This document shows, in pieces, positions 9,017 through 20,718 of a stretch of 33,750 nt of DNA. A program made the translations under genes and the position numbers. Below the pieces are notes generated by a model that saw only the letters and a list, made by a program, of their open reading frames with translations, did not search any database and was not told where the DNA came from. Origin of the DNA: Verrucomicrobiota bacterium (GTDB taxonomy: Bacteria > Verrucomicrobiota > Verrucomicrobiia > Limisphaerales > UBA11358); NCBI GenBank assembly GCA_050013895.1, contig JBEKEJ010000004.1:1-33750 (forward strand), read 5' to 3'. Position 1 is the first letter of the stretch. Each line of letters opens with the position of its first letter.

Positions 9017-10471
9017 TTACTTCCCGATGCAAAACTGGCTGAAGATCGTGTCGAGCAGATTTTCCGTCGCCGTTTTGCCGACGATTTCGCCGACGGCGTT
9101 GACCGCAATGCGCAAATCCATCGCCACGAGTTCGAGCGTTGCGTCAGCGCTCAACGCGTCAATCGTCCGCCGGCCCGCCGCGCGGGCCCGATTCAGCGCG
9201 TCCTGATGCCGTGAGCTGATCATCACCTGCAACATCTCAGCCTTGATTTCGCCCGACCAGACCAGTTCCTTGATCGCGTCCTTCAACGGCTCCATCCCCT
9301 GCCCGCTCAGGCAGCAAACGTCCACGATGGGAACGCCGGTCCCCGGCGCCGCAGGCGGCAATGATTCTTTCGCTTCGCGCCGTGCCGGAGGCCGACGCTC
9401 CGGAATGCGCGTCTGCAACCCCCAGCCCGGCGGCAATATGAGCTTGGCCGGCAAATCGATCTTGTTCCGGACCAGAATCCGCTTTCTGGCGGCGAACTCG
9501 GCGAGATAATTTTCATCTTCATCGGTCAGCGGTTCGCTCGCGTCGAGCACATGTAGAATGAATTCGGCTTTGGCCAGCGACTCGCGGCTGCGGCGGACGC
9601 CTTCCTGTTCAATCGCGTCGCGCGCCTCGCGCAATCCGGCGGTGTCAATGAACACCACCGGCAGCCCGCGGATGTTCGCCATCTCTTCAATCGTGTCGCG
9701 CGTCGTGCCCGGAATCGGCGACACGATGGCGCGGTCGCGTCCGAGAAGCTGATTGAGCAGGCTGGATTTCCCGACGTTGGGTCGGCCCACAATCGCCGCG
9801 CGAATGCCGCGGCGCAAAATCTGCCCCTCGTTCGCGGTGCGCAACAGTTCGTCCATGAACTTCACGCCGTCTTCCAGGCGCCGGAGCAATTGCGACTTCG
9901 TGTCCGGCGCAATATCCTCGTCGGGAAAATCAATGTGCGCCTCGACGTGCGCGAGCGTGTGCATCAAATCATCGCGGAGCCGGTTGACGCGCCTTGAAAG
10001 TTTCCCGGCGAGCTGTTCGTTGGCGGCGGCCAGCGCGAGTTCCGTGCGCGAATGGATCAGGTCGGCGACGGCTTCGGCCTGCGCGAGGTCGAGGCGCCCG
10101 TTGAGGAACGCGCGGCGCGTGAATTCGCCCGGCTCGGCCAGCCGCGCGCCGTTTTCCAGCAGCGTGTCGAGGACGAATTTCGCGGGCAGGATGCCGCCGT
10201 GACAGGTGATTTCCACCGTGTCCTCGCGCGTGAAGGTGCGCGGCGCGCGCAGGACGGCCAGCAGCGCTTCGTCCACGGTTTTGCCCCCGCGGATGATTTT
10301 GCCATATTGAATTGTGTGGGACGTCGCCCCGGACGGTTTCACTGAATTTTTCCCGAGGGGCAGAAAACATTTGTCGGCAACGGCGAGCGATTGCGGTCCG
10401 GAAAGGCGGACGACGGCCAGACCGCCCTCACCGAGCGGCGTGGCAATGGCAGCAATGGTGTCGTCGGACAT
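9017..10471 (-). CDS. mnmE: tRNA modification GTPase MnmE (TrmE)
   Basis: DTIAAIATP, GRPNVGKSS, GTTRD, DTAG, NKID and C-terminal FCIGK motifs. Confidence 0.98.
   Translation of the reverse strand: MSDDTIAAIATPLGEGGLAVVRLSGPQSLAVADKCFLPLGKNSVKPSGATSHTIQYGKIIRGGKTVDEALLAVLRAPRTFTREDTVEITCHGGILPAKFVLDTLLENGARLAEPGEFTRRAFLNGRLDLAQAEAVADLIHSRTELALAAANEQLAGKLSRRVNRLRDDLMHTLAHVEAHIDFPDEDIAPDTKSQLLRRLEDGVKFMDELLRTANEGQILRRGIRAAIVGRPNVGKSSLLNQLLGRDRAIVSPIPGTTRDTIEEMANIRGLPVVFIDTAGLREARDAIEQEGVRRSRESLAKAEFILHVLDASEPLTDEDENYLAEFAARKRILVRNKIDLPAKLILPPGWGLQTRIPERRPPARREAKESLPPAAPGTGVPIVDVCCLSGQGMEPLKDAIKELVWSGEIKAEMLQVMISSRHQDALNRARAAGRRTIDALSADATLELVAMDLRIAVNAVGEIVGKTATENLLDTIFSQFCIGK
9330..9401. repeat. 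72-bp GGAG-type REPIN in-frame in mnmE
   Basis: GGAACGCCGGTCCCCGGC ... GCCGGAGGCCGACGCTCC. Encodes ERRPPAR..., the same peptide as the copy at 13011-13082. Confidence 0.8.
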
Positions 10472-10473
10472 GG

Positions 10474-10532
10474 GTCGAGGGTCGAAGGTCGAGAGCCGAG
10501 AGTCAAAGCCGTATTTGCTCTCGGCTCCCGGC
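10474..10532. repeat. Inverted heptamer array (GTCGARR x5 facing TCTCGGC x2)
   Basis: GTCGAGG GTCGAAG GTCGAGA GCCGAGA GTCAAAG ... TCTCGGC TCCCGGC. Confidence 0.65.
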
Positions 10533-10792
10533 TATTTTACATGCCGGCAGTTTCCCATCCGGTTTTCCGCGTCGCGTCCCAGCAGGAACAGCCGCGCCTT
10601 CGCGTAACTTTTCTTTTGCAGGTAATGCAGCAGCGCCGGGTCGGTGCCGCGCGGCAGTTCTTTCGCCAGTTCATCAATGCGCGCGAATAATGACGGCAGA
10701 TCCGGTTTGGGATTGGCCGTGCGCGGGGAATTGCCCGCCTGTTCCAGTTCCGCCAGCGCGTTCAGCAAAGTTTGTTCGATAGCCGTCATCAT
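10532..10792 (-). CDS. Small hypothetical protein (~86 aa)
   Basis: Helical, protein-like sequence (LLHYLQKKSYAKARLFL); TAAGAT lies 5 nt before ATG 10792. Confidence 0.65.
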   Translation of the reverse strand: MMTAIEQTLLNALAELEQAGNSPRTANPKPDLPSLFARIDELAKELPRGTDPALLHYLQKKSYAKARLFLLGRDAENRMGNCRHVK

Positions 10793-10965
10793 GGGGAATC
10801 TTACTTCAAAAATGCAACCGCGCCAGCAAATGCAACATTCTCGCTCCAAAATAAGAAAGGGTGAAATCAACTTGGCCCCGCACACACAAAGCGGCAACAC
10901 CTTCAATCCGCATCCGGCGGCAGGGCGCCGATTGCATTCAGCCCGGGGCGGCGTAAATTAACCGC

Positions 10966-11313
10966 GTGAAAGCAATAGTGCCAGTCCTGTTTGCCGTGCT
11001 TTTTCTGGCCGGTTGCGTCACGCAAAAAATCGACTGGGCGGCGCGCGTGGGCAATTATACCTACGACCAGGCCGTGATGGAATTCGGCCCGCCGGACAAA
11101 TCCGCGAAGCTCTCCGACGGTTCGGCCGTTGCCGAATGGCTCACGCAGCGGGGCCAGGTCGTCGTGGCGCCGGAGCCTTACCTTGTCCCGCCCGGCTGTT
11201 ATTTCGGCCCGCTGACGCCGATGTATTCCGAGACTTACGTGCCCGCGCGTTTTCTGCGCCTGGTCTTCGACGCCAACGGCAGACTGAAAACGTGGAAGGA
11301 ATTCGTCAGATAA
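10966..11313 (+). CDS. Putative lipoprotein
   Basis: MK plus a hydrophobic stretch and LAGC lipobox; GPPD and LVFDANG motifs. Confidence 0.75.
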   Translation: MKAIVPVLFAVLFLAGCVTQKIDWAARVGNYTYDQAVMEFGPPDKSAKLSDGSAVAEWLTQRGQVVVAPEPYLVPPGCYFGPLTPMYSETYVPARFLRLVFDANGRLKTWKEFVR

Positions 11314-11355
11314 ATCCGCTTCCGTCGCAGAGCCTTCCGTGTTTTACTCGCGGCC

Positions 11356-11676
11356 ATGAACGTTGACCTCGGCATCTGGAGCAAGCTGACCAAAATGGTC
11401 GCCTGGCTGCTGCTTTTGGCCGGACTGTTGCTCGTCGGCGTCTGGTATCTGCCGCTCATCCAGCAGAACGAGCGGATGCAGCGGGTAAATCTGCAACTGG
11501 AACAGCAACTGGAAGCGGAAAAAGAAAAATCCAAAGAACTTCAGTCGCAAATCGACGCGCTCCGCAACGATCCCAAAACCGTCGAACGCCTCACGCGTGA
11601 AAAACTCGGCTACGCCCGGCCCGGCGAAACCGTGGTGCGCTTTGAATCGCCCGCGACCAACGCGCCAGCGCGCTGA
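11356..11676 (+). CDS. Septum formation initiator (FtsB/DivIC family)
   Basis: One transmembrane helix, a coiled coil and VERLTREKLGYARPGE. Confidence 0.85.
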   Translation: MNVDLGIWSKLTKMVAWLLLLAGLLLVGVWYLPLIQQNERMQRVNLQLEQQLEAEKEKSKELQSQIDALRNDPKTVERLTREKLGYARPGETVVRFESPATNAPAR

Positions 11677-11683
11677 TTCATCT

Positions 11684-11771
11684 ATGATTGATGATTTATG
11701 ATTTATGATTTGGAAAATGCCGGCGGCGCCGGGTTTCAATCGTAAATCATAGATCCAAAATCATAAATCGC
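11684..11771. repeat. Inverted heptamer array (ATGATTT)4 ... (AAATCAT)5
   Basis: Seen directly; fills the gap between two convergent genes. Confidence 0.85.
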
Positions 11772-11772
11772 C

Positions 11773-12333
11773 TCAGACCGTCATGATTTCCTTTTCCTTG
11801 TGGACGAGGTGTTCGTCAATCTTGGCGATGTATTGGTCGGTCAGCTTCTGCAAATCTTTTTCGGCCTGTTTTTCGTCGTCTTCGGTGATGCCGCTGTCAT
11901 GGACGTGCTTTTTCAACAGTTCCATCGCGTCGCGCCGCACGTGCCGGATGGCCACGCGCCCGTCTTCGGCCATTTTTTTGGAGATTTTTACGAACTCCTG
12001 CCGCCGTTCCTGGCTTAATTCCGGGAACACGAGCCGGATGATTTTGCCTTGAATCGCCGGCATGAGGCCAAGGTTCGCCTTTTGAATCGCCTTCTCGATT
12101 GGATGCAGCGAGTTGAAGTCCCACGGCTGGATGACCAGCATCCGCGGTTCAGGCGTCGTGATGCCCGCCAGTTCGCGGATGCGCATCTGCGCGCCATAAA
12201 CCTCCACCGTGACGTTCTCGACCAAAGCCGCCGACGCCTTGCCCGTGCGCACGCCCGCGAACTCGTTTATAACCACCTGCTCGGACTTGATCATTTTGTC
12301 CTCTGCTTCCAGCAAAATATCGTCGAGTGTCAT
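11773..12333 (-). CDS. frr: Ribosome recycling factor
   Basis: VRTGKAS, IQPWD, PELSQERR, AIRHVRRD and KEKEIM motifs. Confidence 0.97.
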   Translation of the reverse strand: MTLDDILLEAEDKMIKSEQVVINEFAGVRTGKASAALVENVTVEVYGAQMRIRELAGITTPEPRMLVIQPWDFNSLHPIEKAIQKANLGLMPAIQGKIIRLVFPELSQERRQEFVKISKKMAEDGRVAIRHVRRDAMELLKKHVHDSGITEDDEKQAEKDLQKLTDQYIAKIDEHLVHKEKEIMTV

Positions 12334-12420
12334 AGATGCGCAGATTAACCATGAACCTCCGCCGGGTCGAATAAAAATTCAGCCGCGAGGTCGGAGCGGC
12401 ACGGCCTCACACGGCAGCCA

Positions 12421-12486
12421 AGGAACGCCGGCTTCAGCCGGCAGAGGCTCTCTCTACCCGCGCTGCCGCGTGAACGCGGCGTTCCT
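12421..12486. repeat. Intergenic REPIN with TTCA loops
   Basis: Left unit AGGAACGCCGGCTTCAGCCGGCAG; reverse complement of right unit AGGAACGCCGCGTTCACGCGGCAG. Confidence 0.85.
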
Positions 12487-12627
12487 TTCCGAGGGTCTTG
12501 TCCGGGTTGCCAGTGGCGCGGAGTTGCCCTCGGTGAGAGCGTCCCGGCATGCGGGAAATTTGGAAATGCGCCGACTAAACTGCGCTCCCGGCTCGACGCT
12601 GCAATTCCGCATTGCTAACCTGCGTGC

Positions 12628-14274
12628 ATGGCGGACATCGTTTTAACCACGCTCAACGCGAAATACATCCACGCTGCGTTCGGCTTGCGCTACCTGCTGG
12701 CCAATCTCGGCGAACTGCAATCGCGCGCGTCACTCGCAGAATTCGACATCAACCAGCGGCCGCTGGACATCGCGGAAGTCCTGCTCGCGCGCAATCCCAG
12801 AATCATCGGCCTCGGCATTTACATCTGGAACGTCGATCAATCTGCCGAGGTCGTCGCCGTCATCAAACGCGTCCGGCCGGATGTCAAAATCATCCTCGGT
12901 GGACCGGAGGTCAGCTACGAAACCGGGGAGCAAACAATTGTTCAACTCGCCGACCACGTCATCACCGGCGAGGCGGATTTGAAATTTGCGGAGGTGTGCC
13001 GGGCACTATTGGAGCGCCGGCCTCCGGCCCGGCTCGATGGAGATTGCGGTTCCAAGCCCGCCGGGCCGGAGGCGGACTCTCCGCTGCCCAAAATCATCCC
13101 AGCCGAACCACCGGATTTTTCACAAATCATTCTGCCCTACGATCTTTACACCGACGACGACATCGCGCACCGCATTATCTACGTCGAGGCGTCCCGCGGC
13201 TGTCCGTTCACGTGCGAATTTTGCCTGTCGTCGCTCGACATTCCGGTGCGGCAGGTTCTGTTGCCGGCCATGCTCGAACAATTGCAGCGTTTGCTCGAAC
13301 GCGGCGTGAAACAATTCAAGTTCGTTGACCGCACGTTCAATCTCAACGTCAACATCAGTAAAACCATCCTTGAATTCTTTCTGGAACGCTGCCGGCCCGG
13401 TCATTTCTTCCACTTTGAAATGATTCCCGACCGGCTCCCGGAATCATTGCGCCAAGTCATCGCAAAATTTCCTCCCGGCGCGCTGCAATTTGAGGTGGGC
13501 ATCCAGACGTTCAACGAGACAGTCGCCGACCTAATCCAGCGGCGGCAGAATTACGAGAAGCTCGCCGATAATTTCCGGTTTCTGCGCGGTGAAACCGGCG
13601 TTCATATCCATGCCGACCTGATTGCGGGGTTGCCGGGTGAAACGCTGGAGAGTTTTGCCGCCGGCTTCGACCGGCTCATCGCGCTCGGCCCCCAAGAAAT
13701 CCAGGTGGGCATCTTGAAGCGCCTGCGCGGCACGCCGATTGTCCGGCATGACGCCGACTGGCGGATGGCCTATAACCCGCATCCACCCTATGAGATTTTG
13801 GAGAACAAGCTGATTGATTTTGCGACCATGCAAAAGCTGCGGCGCTTCGCACGCTACTGGGACCTGGTCGGCAACAGCGGCAATTTCATCGAGTCCGCAC
13901 CGCTGATTTGGTCCGGGTTCGGAGTCCCGCCTTCAGGCGGACTACGAGCACCCGAACCGGCTGAAGCCGGAACTCCGAAAACCTCGCCGTTTCACGCCTT
14001 TCTCCGCTTCAGCGAATGGCTGCACGCTCGCGCGCAGCGCACCGACGGCATCGCCCTGATGCGCCTGGTGGAACTGCTCTTTGAATTTCTCACCGGCGAA
14101 CTCCGGCTCGATGCGCAGCAGGTGGCCGAAATGTTGTGGCGCGATTACCAGCGCGGCGGTCGGCGCGACAAACCGACCTTCCTGAAAAGTTTTCTGTCAG
14201 CGGAGGGAACAGTAATCCCGCCGCGTAAAGCAAAAGCTGCCCTGCCCAAACGCCAGGCGCGGCACCTGGTTTGA
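12628..14274 (+). CDS. B12-binding radical SAM protein (DUF4080-type)
   Basis: [28 protein letters not shown] and FVDRTFN motifs. Confidence 0.9.
   Translation: MADIVLTTLNAKYIHAAFGLRYLLANLGELQSRASLAEFDINQRPLDIAEVLLARNPRIIGLGIYIWNVDQSAEVVAVIKRVRPDVKIILGGPEVSYETGEQTIVQLADHVITGEADLKFAEVCRALLERRPPARLDGDCGSKPAGPEADSPLPKIIPAEPPDFSQIILPYDLYTDDDIAHRIIYVEASRGCPFTCEFCLSSLDIPVRQVLLPAMLEQLQRLLERGVKQFKFVDRTFNLNVNISKTILEFFLERCRPGHFFHFEMIPDRLPESLRQVIAKFPPGALQFEVGIQTFNETVADLIQRRQNYEKLADNFRFLRGETGVHIHADLIAGLPGETLESFAAGFDRLIALGPQEIQVGILKRLRGTPIVRHDADWRMAYNPHPPYEILENKLIDFATMQKLRRFARYWDLVGNSGNFIESAPLIWSGFGVPPSGGLRAPEPAEAGTPKTSPFHAFLRFSEWLHARAQRTDGIALMRLVELLFEFLTGELRLDAQQVAEMLWRDYQRGGRRDKPTFLKSFLSAEGTVIPPRKAKAALPKRQARHLV
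13011..13082. repeat. 72-bp GGAG REPIN in-frame in the radical SAM gene
   Basis: GGAGCGCCGGCCTCCGGCCCGGC ... GCCGGGCCGGAGGCGGACTCTCC. Confidence 0.85.
13918..13979. repeat. TTCA-loop REPIN in-frame in the radical SAM gene
   Basis: TTCGGAGTCCCGCCTTCAGGCGG ... CCGGCTGAAGCCGGAACTCCGAA. Confidence 0.85.
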
Positions 14275-14306
14275 AAGAATCCGCGCTCACCCCTGTAATC
14301 CGCAGG

Positions 14307-16346
<2,040 letters not shown>

Positions 16347-16406
16347 CAGGTTTTGAGTAAATGAAATTGTCAACGCGCTGTCACGCCGATAGCTTGGTTC
16401 CAGCCT

Positions 16407-19232
16407 ATGACGCCCAATCAACAAATGGCCACGTTGAACGCGGCGGTGTGCGAAGTCGCTTTCGACAATTTGACGCGCCAACTCTATGCCACGGACGCGT
16501 CGGTTTATCAAATCGAGCCGCTGGCCGTGGCGTTTCCCAGCAACGCGCACGAGGCCAGCTCCATCATCCAGGCGGCGGCGCACGCGGGCGCGCCGGTCAC
16601 TCCGCGCGGCGCGGGAACGAGCCTTTCGGGCGGAGCCATCGGCAACGGCGTCGTCGTGGATCTCGCGCGCTACAACCGTCAAATCTGGGACTTCAACAAA
16701 GACCGCCGCACGGTCCGCGTAGGCGCCGGCGTCGTGCTGGACCAGTTGAATGAATTTCTTCGCCCGTTCAGATTTTGTTTCGGGCCGGACGTGGCGACGA
16801 GCTCGCGCGCGACCCTGGGCGGCATGATTGCCAACGATTCGTCCGGGGCCTACACACCGGTCTATGGCACGACGGGCATGCACGTGAACGAACTCGAAAT
16901 CGTGCTCGCCGACGGCAAAGTGGTGAGGATTGGCCCCGGCCACGACACGTTGCCACGACAGCGTGATTTGGTTGAAAACATGGTTTCACTCAATTCACTC
17001 GCAATCGCCGGCGCCTTTCCGGAGGGCCTCTTGAAACGCTGGCCCGGCTACGCGCTGGCGCGGGCAGCGGACGAACCGGGCGATCTGATTCCAATTTTGT
17101 CCGGCAGTGAAGGCACGCTGGCGGGCATTATTTCCGCCGAACTCAAGATCGTTCCCCTGCCGGAGCAACGCGGCGTGGGGCTGCTGTTCTTTTCGTCCGT
17201 GGCCGAGGCGATGCGGGCGTCCACCGAACTGCTTGATTTGAAGCCCGCCGCCATCGAGCACGTTGACTGTCCGCTGTTCGACCAGACGCGCGGCCAGCGC
17301 GAGTTTCAGGCCGTGCGCGATTTGCTCGAACTCGACACCAAGCCGTGCGAGGCGATTTTGATTGTCGAATTTTTCGAGGATGTTCCCGAGCGGCTGGCGC
17401 AGTTGAAAAAACGCAAACTGGGTTTGCGCAATTTGATTTTGGAGACCCCGGATGAAGCCGCCCTCGTGTGGGCGATGCGCAAGGCCGGTTTGTCGCTGCT
17501 GACGGGCTGCCCGGGCAGCACCAAGCCCGTGGCGTTCGTCGAGGACGCGGCTGTGCGGCCGCGCGATTTGCCGGAATATGTCAACAGCCTGCAAAAACTG
17601 ATGCGGCGGTTGGGGCTGCAGGCTTCGTATTACGGCCACGCGGCGGCGGGATTGCTGCACGTGCGCCCGATGCTGGATTTGCATCGCGCGGAGGGCTTGA
17701 AAAAATACCGGCAGATTGCCGACGAAGTAGCCGCGCTCGTGAAGCAGTTCAAGGGAACCTTGTCCGGCGAACATGGCGTCGGCATTGCGCGCACCGAGTA
17801 TCTCCAAGGGCAGGTCGGCGAGGAGATCTACCAGCTCATGCGGCAAATCAAGCAGACCTTCGACCCGCACAATTTGTTCAACCCGGGAAAAATCATTTCG
17901 GACGGCCGCTATAAAATTGACGGCCACCTGCGCCTGGGCGCCGGCTATTCGCTGAAATTGCCGTTTAAGCCGGAGCTCGCGTTCGCGGACAAGGACAAGT
18001 CGTTTACCGCCAACCTGGAGCAATGCAACGGATGCGGCGGCTGCCTGAAGCTGACGCCGAGCATGTGTCCCACGTTCATGGCCACCGGCGAGGAGATCAT
18101 GTCCACGCGCGGGCGCGCCAACGCAATTCGCGCCGCGCTGGAATTGCGCGGCATCAATGACGACCCGCTCCGTTCGGTCGAGCTTGAAACTGCGCTGAGC
18201 AACTGCCTGTCCTGCAAGGCCTGCACTGTGGAATGCCCGTCCAATGTGAACCTGACGTTGTTGAAGGCCGAATTGCAACACGCCCGCATCCGGCGCCACG
18301 GCTTGACCCTGCGCGAACGGCTGTTCAGTTCAGTGGATCAGTTGGGCCGGATGGGTTGCGCGATGCCACGCGTGACCAACGCGCTCCTGGGTCTCACCCC
18401 GTTGGGTTACCTGAGCAGCCGGCTTTTGGGCATCACCACCAGCCGGCCCCTGCCACAATTCGCGCCGGAGCGGTTTGATCACTGGTTCGCCGAACGCAAA
18501 TCCCATGCCGGCAAGTTTCGCGGCCGGGTCATGCTTTGGGACGATACGTTCGTCCGCTATTACGAACCCCACGTCGGCATGGCCGCCATCAGGGTGCTCG
18601 AAGCCGCGGGCTTCGAAGTCGTGCTGCCGAAACTGCGCAAATGTTGCGGACGGCCCGCTTTCAGCCAGGGCAACCTCGACGAAGCCGCGCAATTGGGACG
18701 CCACAATCTCGCGCTGTTGCACGGCGAAAAAAGCAGCACGCCGATCATTTTTCTCGAACCGGCATGCTACTCGATGTTCGCTCAGGATTATCGCGAGATG
18801 AAGCTGCCGGACGCGGAGCGCGTCGCCGCCCGTTGCTTTTTATTCGAGCAATTCATTGAAAACACGCTGGACCGGGAACCCAACGCGCTGACTTTCAACG
18901 ACAAACCCGAGCGCATGATGATTCATGTGCATTGCCACGCCAAAGCGCTGGCCGACACAGATTACATGTATCAGCTCGCCACCCGGCTGCCGCAGCGGAC
19001 GGTGACGTTGCTCGAAGCGGGCTGCTGCGGCATGGCGGGCGCGTTCGGAATGTTGGAATCGAAATACCAACTCTCGGTGAAAGTCGCGGAGCCAATCATT
19101 CGCGTCATTCGGAGTCAGCCGTTCGGGACGGTTGTGGTGGCCTCGGGAACCAGTTGCCGCCAGCAAATCCAGCATCTCACTCACGTCCGGCTGCGGCATA
19201 TGGCCGAGGTGCTGGCCGAGGCGCTGATCTGA
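16407..19232 (+). CDS. FAD-linked oxidase fused to Fe-S/CCG domains (YdiJ-like D-2-hydroxyacid dehydrogenase)
   Basis: PRGAGTSLSG, GSEGTL, SGEHGVG, FNPGK, two CxxCxxC ferredoxin motifs and two CCG motifs. Confidence 0.9.
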   Translation: MTPNQQMATLNAAVCEVAFDNLTRQLYATDASVYQIEPLAVAFPSNAHEASSIIQAAAHAGAPVTPRGAGTSLSGGAIGNGVVVDLARYNRQIWDFNKDRRTVRVGAGVVLDQLNEFLRPFRFCFGPDVATSSRATLGGMIANDSSGAYTPVYGTTGMHVNELEIVLADGKVVRIGPGHDTLPRQRDLVENMVSLNSLAIAGAFPEGLLKRWPGYALARAADEPGDLIPILSGSEGTLAGIISAELKIVPLPEQRGVGLLFFSSVAEAMRASTELLDLKPAAIEHVDCPLFDQTRGQREFQAVRDLLELDTKPCEAILIVEFFEDVPERLAQLKKRKLGLRNLILETPDEAALVWAMRKAGLSLLTGCPGSTKPVAFVEDAAVRPRDLPEYVNSLQKLMRRLGLQASYYGHAAAGLLHVRPMLDLHRAEGLKKYRQIADEVAALVKQFKGTLSGEHGVGIARTEYLQGQVGEEIYQLMRQIKQTFDPHNLFNPGKIISDGRYKIDGHLRLGAGYSLKLPFKPELAFADKDKSFTANLEQCNGCGGCLKLTPSMCPTFMATGEEIMSTRGRANAIRAALELRGINDDPLRSVELETALSNCLSCKACTVECPSNVNLTLLKAELQHARIRRHGLTLRERLFSSVDQLGRMGCAMPRVTNALLGLTPLGYLSSRLLGITTSRPLPQFAPERFDHWFAERKSHAGKFRGRVMLWDDTFVRYYEPHVGMAAIRVLEAAGFEVVLPKLRKCCGRPAFSQGNLDEAAQLGRHNLALLHGEKSSTPIIFLEPACYSMFAQDYREMKLPDAERVAARCFLFEQFIENTLDREPNALTFNDKPERMMIHVHCHAKALADTDYMYQLATRLPQRTVTLLEAGCCGMAGAFGMLESKYQLSVKVAEPIIRVIRSQPFGTVVVASGTSCRQQIQHLTHVRLRHMAEVLAEALI

Positions 19233-19238
19233 CCGGTG

Positions 19239-20153
19239 TTACGGGTAAATGTCCTTCAACGCCGCGGACAGTTCGGCGAATTGAAATTGGAAGCCGATCT
19301 CAAGAAAACGTCTCGGCGCGCAGCGGCGTCCGGTCAGCGCCAGGGAAGGTTCGGTTCCCATCAGCCTTGAACCGAACCGCACCGCCCATTCAGGCGCGGG
19401 CGGGCTCCACGGGCGGCGCAGCGCGCGCCGCAACTCCGCCATGAATTCCGCGTTGGTCACGGGATTCGGCGCGGTCGCGTTGAAGGTCCCGGCCAAATCA
19501 TCGAGTTCAATCGCCGCGATGAACATCCGGTTCAGGTCCGCGAGGTGAATCCAACTGACGTATTGCCTCCCGTTGCCGGCCGCGCCCCCGAGAAACCATC
19601 GGGTCAATTTGCCGAGCACGGACAGTGCGCCGCCATCGCGCCCCAAGACGATTCCGATGCGCAGCAGCACCTGGCGTGTTTTGGGGACCGGCGCATGGTT
19701 GAAGGCATTTTCCCAGAGCTTGCAGGTTTCCGCCGCCTCACCCTCGCCGGGCGGCGTGCTTTCATCACACCAACGGTCATCGGTGTCACCGTAAAACGCG
19801 AGCGCCCCAGCCTGCACCCAGACGCGCGGCGGATGCTTGACGTGATAAATTGCCGCCACCACCGCGCGGACGGAGTTGACGCGCGACTCGTTGATTTCGC
19901 GTAGGTTTTCGGGCGTGTGCCGGCAATTCACACTGCGCCCGGCCAGGTTCACCACCGCCTCGGCGCCGTCCAGAAATTGAATCCATTCGCCGGGGTGCTC
20001 GCCGTCCCATTCCACTTCCCTGACGCCATCGATCCGCTCGCGCGGCGCGCGCGTCAACACGACCACTTCGTGATCGCACTTGAGCAATTCTGCGCCCAGC
20101 GCCCGACCCAGAAAGCCGCTGCCGCCCGCCAGCACGACACGTTTTTTGTTCAT
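19239..20153 (-). CDS. TIGR01777 family NAD-dependent epimerase/oxidoreductase
   Basis: GGSGFLG, VVNLAG, CKLWE, RIGIVLG, SWIHLAD and NATAPNPV motifs. Confidence 0.92.
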   Translation of the reverse strand: MNKKRVVLAGGSGFLGRALGAELLKCDHEVVVLTRAPRERIDGVREVEWDGEHPGEWIQFLDGAEAVVNLAGRSVNCRHTPENLREINESRVNSVRAVVAAIYHVKHPPRVWVQAGALAFYGDTDDRWCDESTPPGEGEAAETCKLWENAFNHAPVPKTRQVLLRIGIVLGRDGGALSVLGKLTRWFLGGAAGNGRQYVSWIHLADLNRMFIAAIELDDLAGTFNATAPNPVTNAEFMAELRRALRRPWSPPAPEWAVRFGSRLMGTEPSLALTGRRCAPRRFLEIGFQFQFAELSAALKDIYP

Positions 20154-20569
20154 GGCGGCAACTTCAGTTTTGGCGCGTTTTCGGCGGTGAGTGGGTTCAC
20201 CTCAAAACGCCCCCGTTCCAAATCTGCGAGCCAGCTTTCAATCAAACGGCACATGGAATCCAGATTCAAATGTTCGTGTTCACGCGGATATTTTTCGAAG
20301 TTGGCCTGTGCCAGCTTGAACAGGGCGGCGGCGGGGCGCAGATGATTTCTTTGCAAATGCACAAACGCGCCGGCAAGTTGGATCAGACCCTTGTAAAACG
20401 CGCCGTTCGGACCGTGTTTGTCCGTCAGCCAGAGGTGTTCGAGGACCTCGTGCGCCTCGTAAAAAAGCTGGTGGTTGAAGCAATGAAAATAGCCGACGTA
20501 GTGTTGGTCGAGCTGGTGTCCCTGGTGCTGTTCGACCAGCGCGGCGATGCGTTTGTGTTTGCGGCTCAC
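20150..20569 (-). CDS. DUF309 domain protein
   Basis: FN..LFYEAHEVLEHLW and YKGLIQLAGAFVH motifs. Start reassigned to GTG 20569. Confidence 0.88.
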   Translation of the reverse strand: MSRKHKRIAALVEQHQGHQLDQHYVGYFHCFNHQLFYEAHEVLEHLWLTDKHGPNGAFYKGLIQLAGAFVHLQRNHLRPAAALFKLAQANFEKYPREHEHLNLDSMCRLIESWLADLERGRFEVNPLTAENAPKLKLPP

Positions 20570-20589
20570 GGCCTCAGGGTAAGGGCCGG

Positions 20590-20682
20590 GTGATGGGTGA
20601 CAAGTGACAAGTGACACGAAAGCGGGCGCTACGGAAGGACTCCGGTCTTGTCACTCGTCACGCGTCCCCCGTCACGCTTCAC
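20590..20682. repeat. Inverted heptamer array (GTGACAA)4 ... (TYGTCAC)5, degenerate
   Basis: Seen directly between the divergent DUF309 and parB genes. Confidence 0.8.
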
Positions 20683-20718
20683 ATTGACAATTCCCCTGCC
20701 CTGCGACACCCTGCGCGC

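Noticed and set aside
12392-12600. Further REP-like fragments around the 12421 element, and heptamer-like traces at 5150-5230
   Set aside because: Too degenerate to delimit by eye.
16347-16943. N-terminal 199 aa of the 878-aa ORF
   Set aside because: Largely an antisense shadow of the FAD oxidase gene; the SIS protein plausibly starts at ATG 16346.
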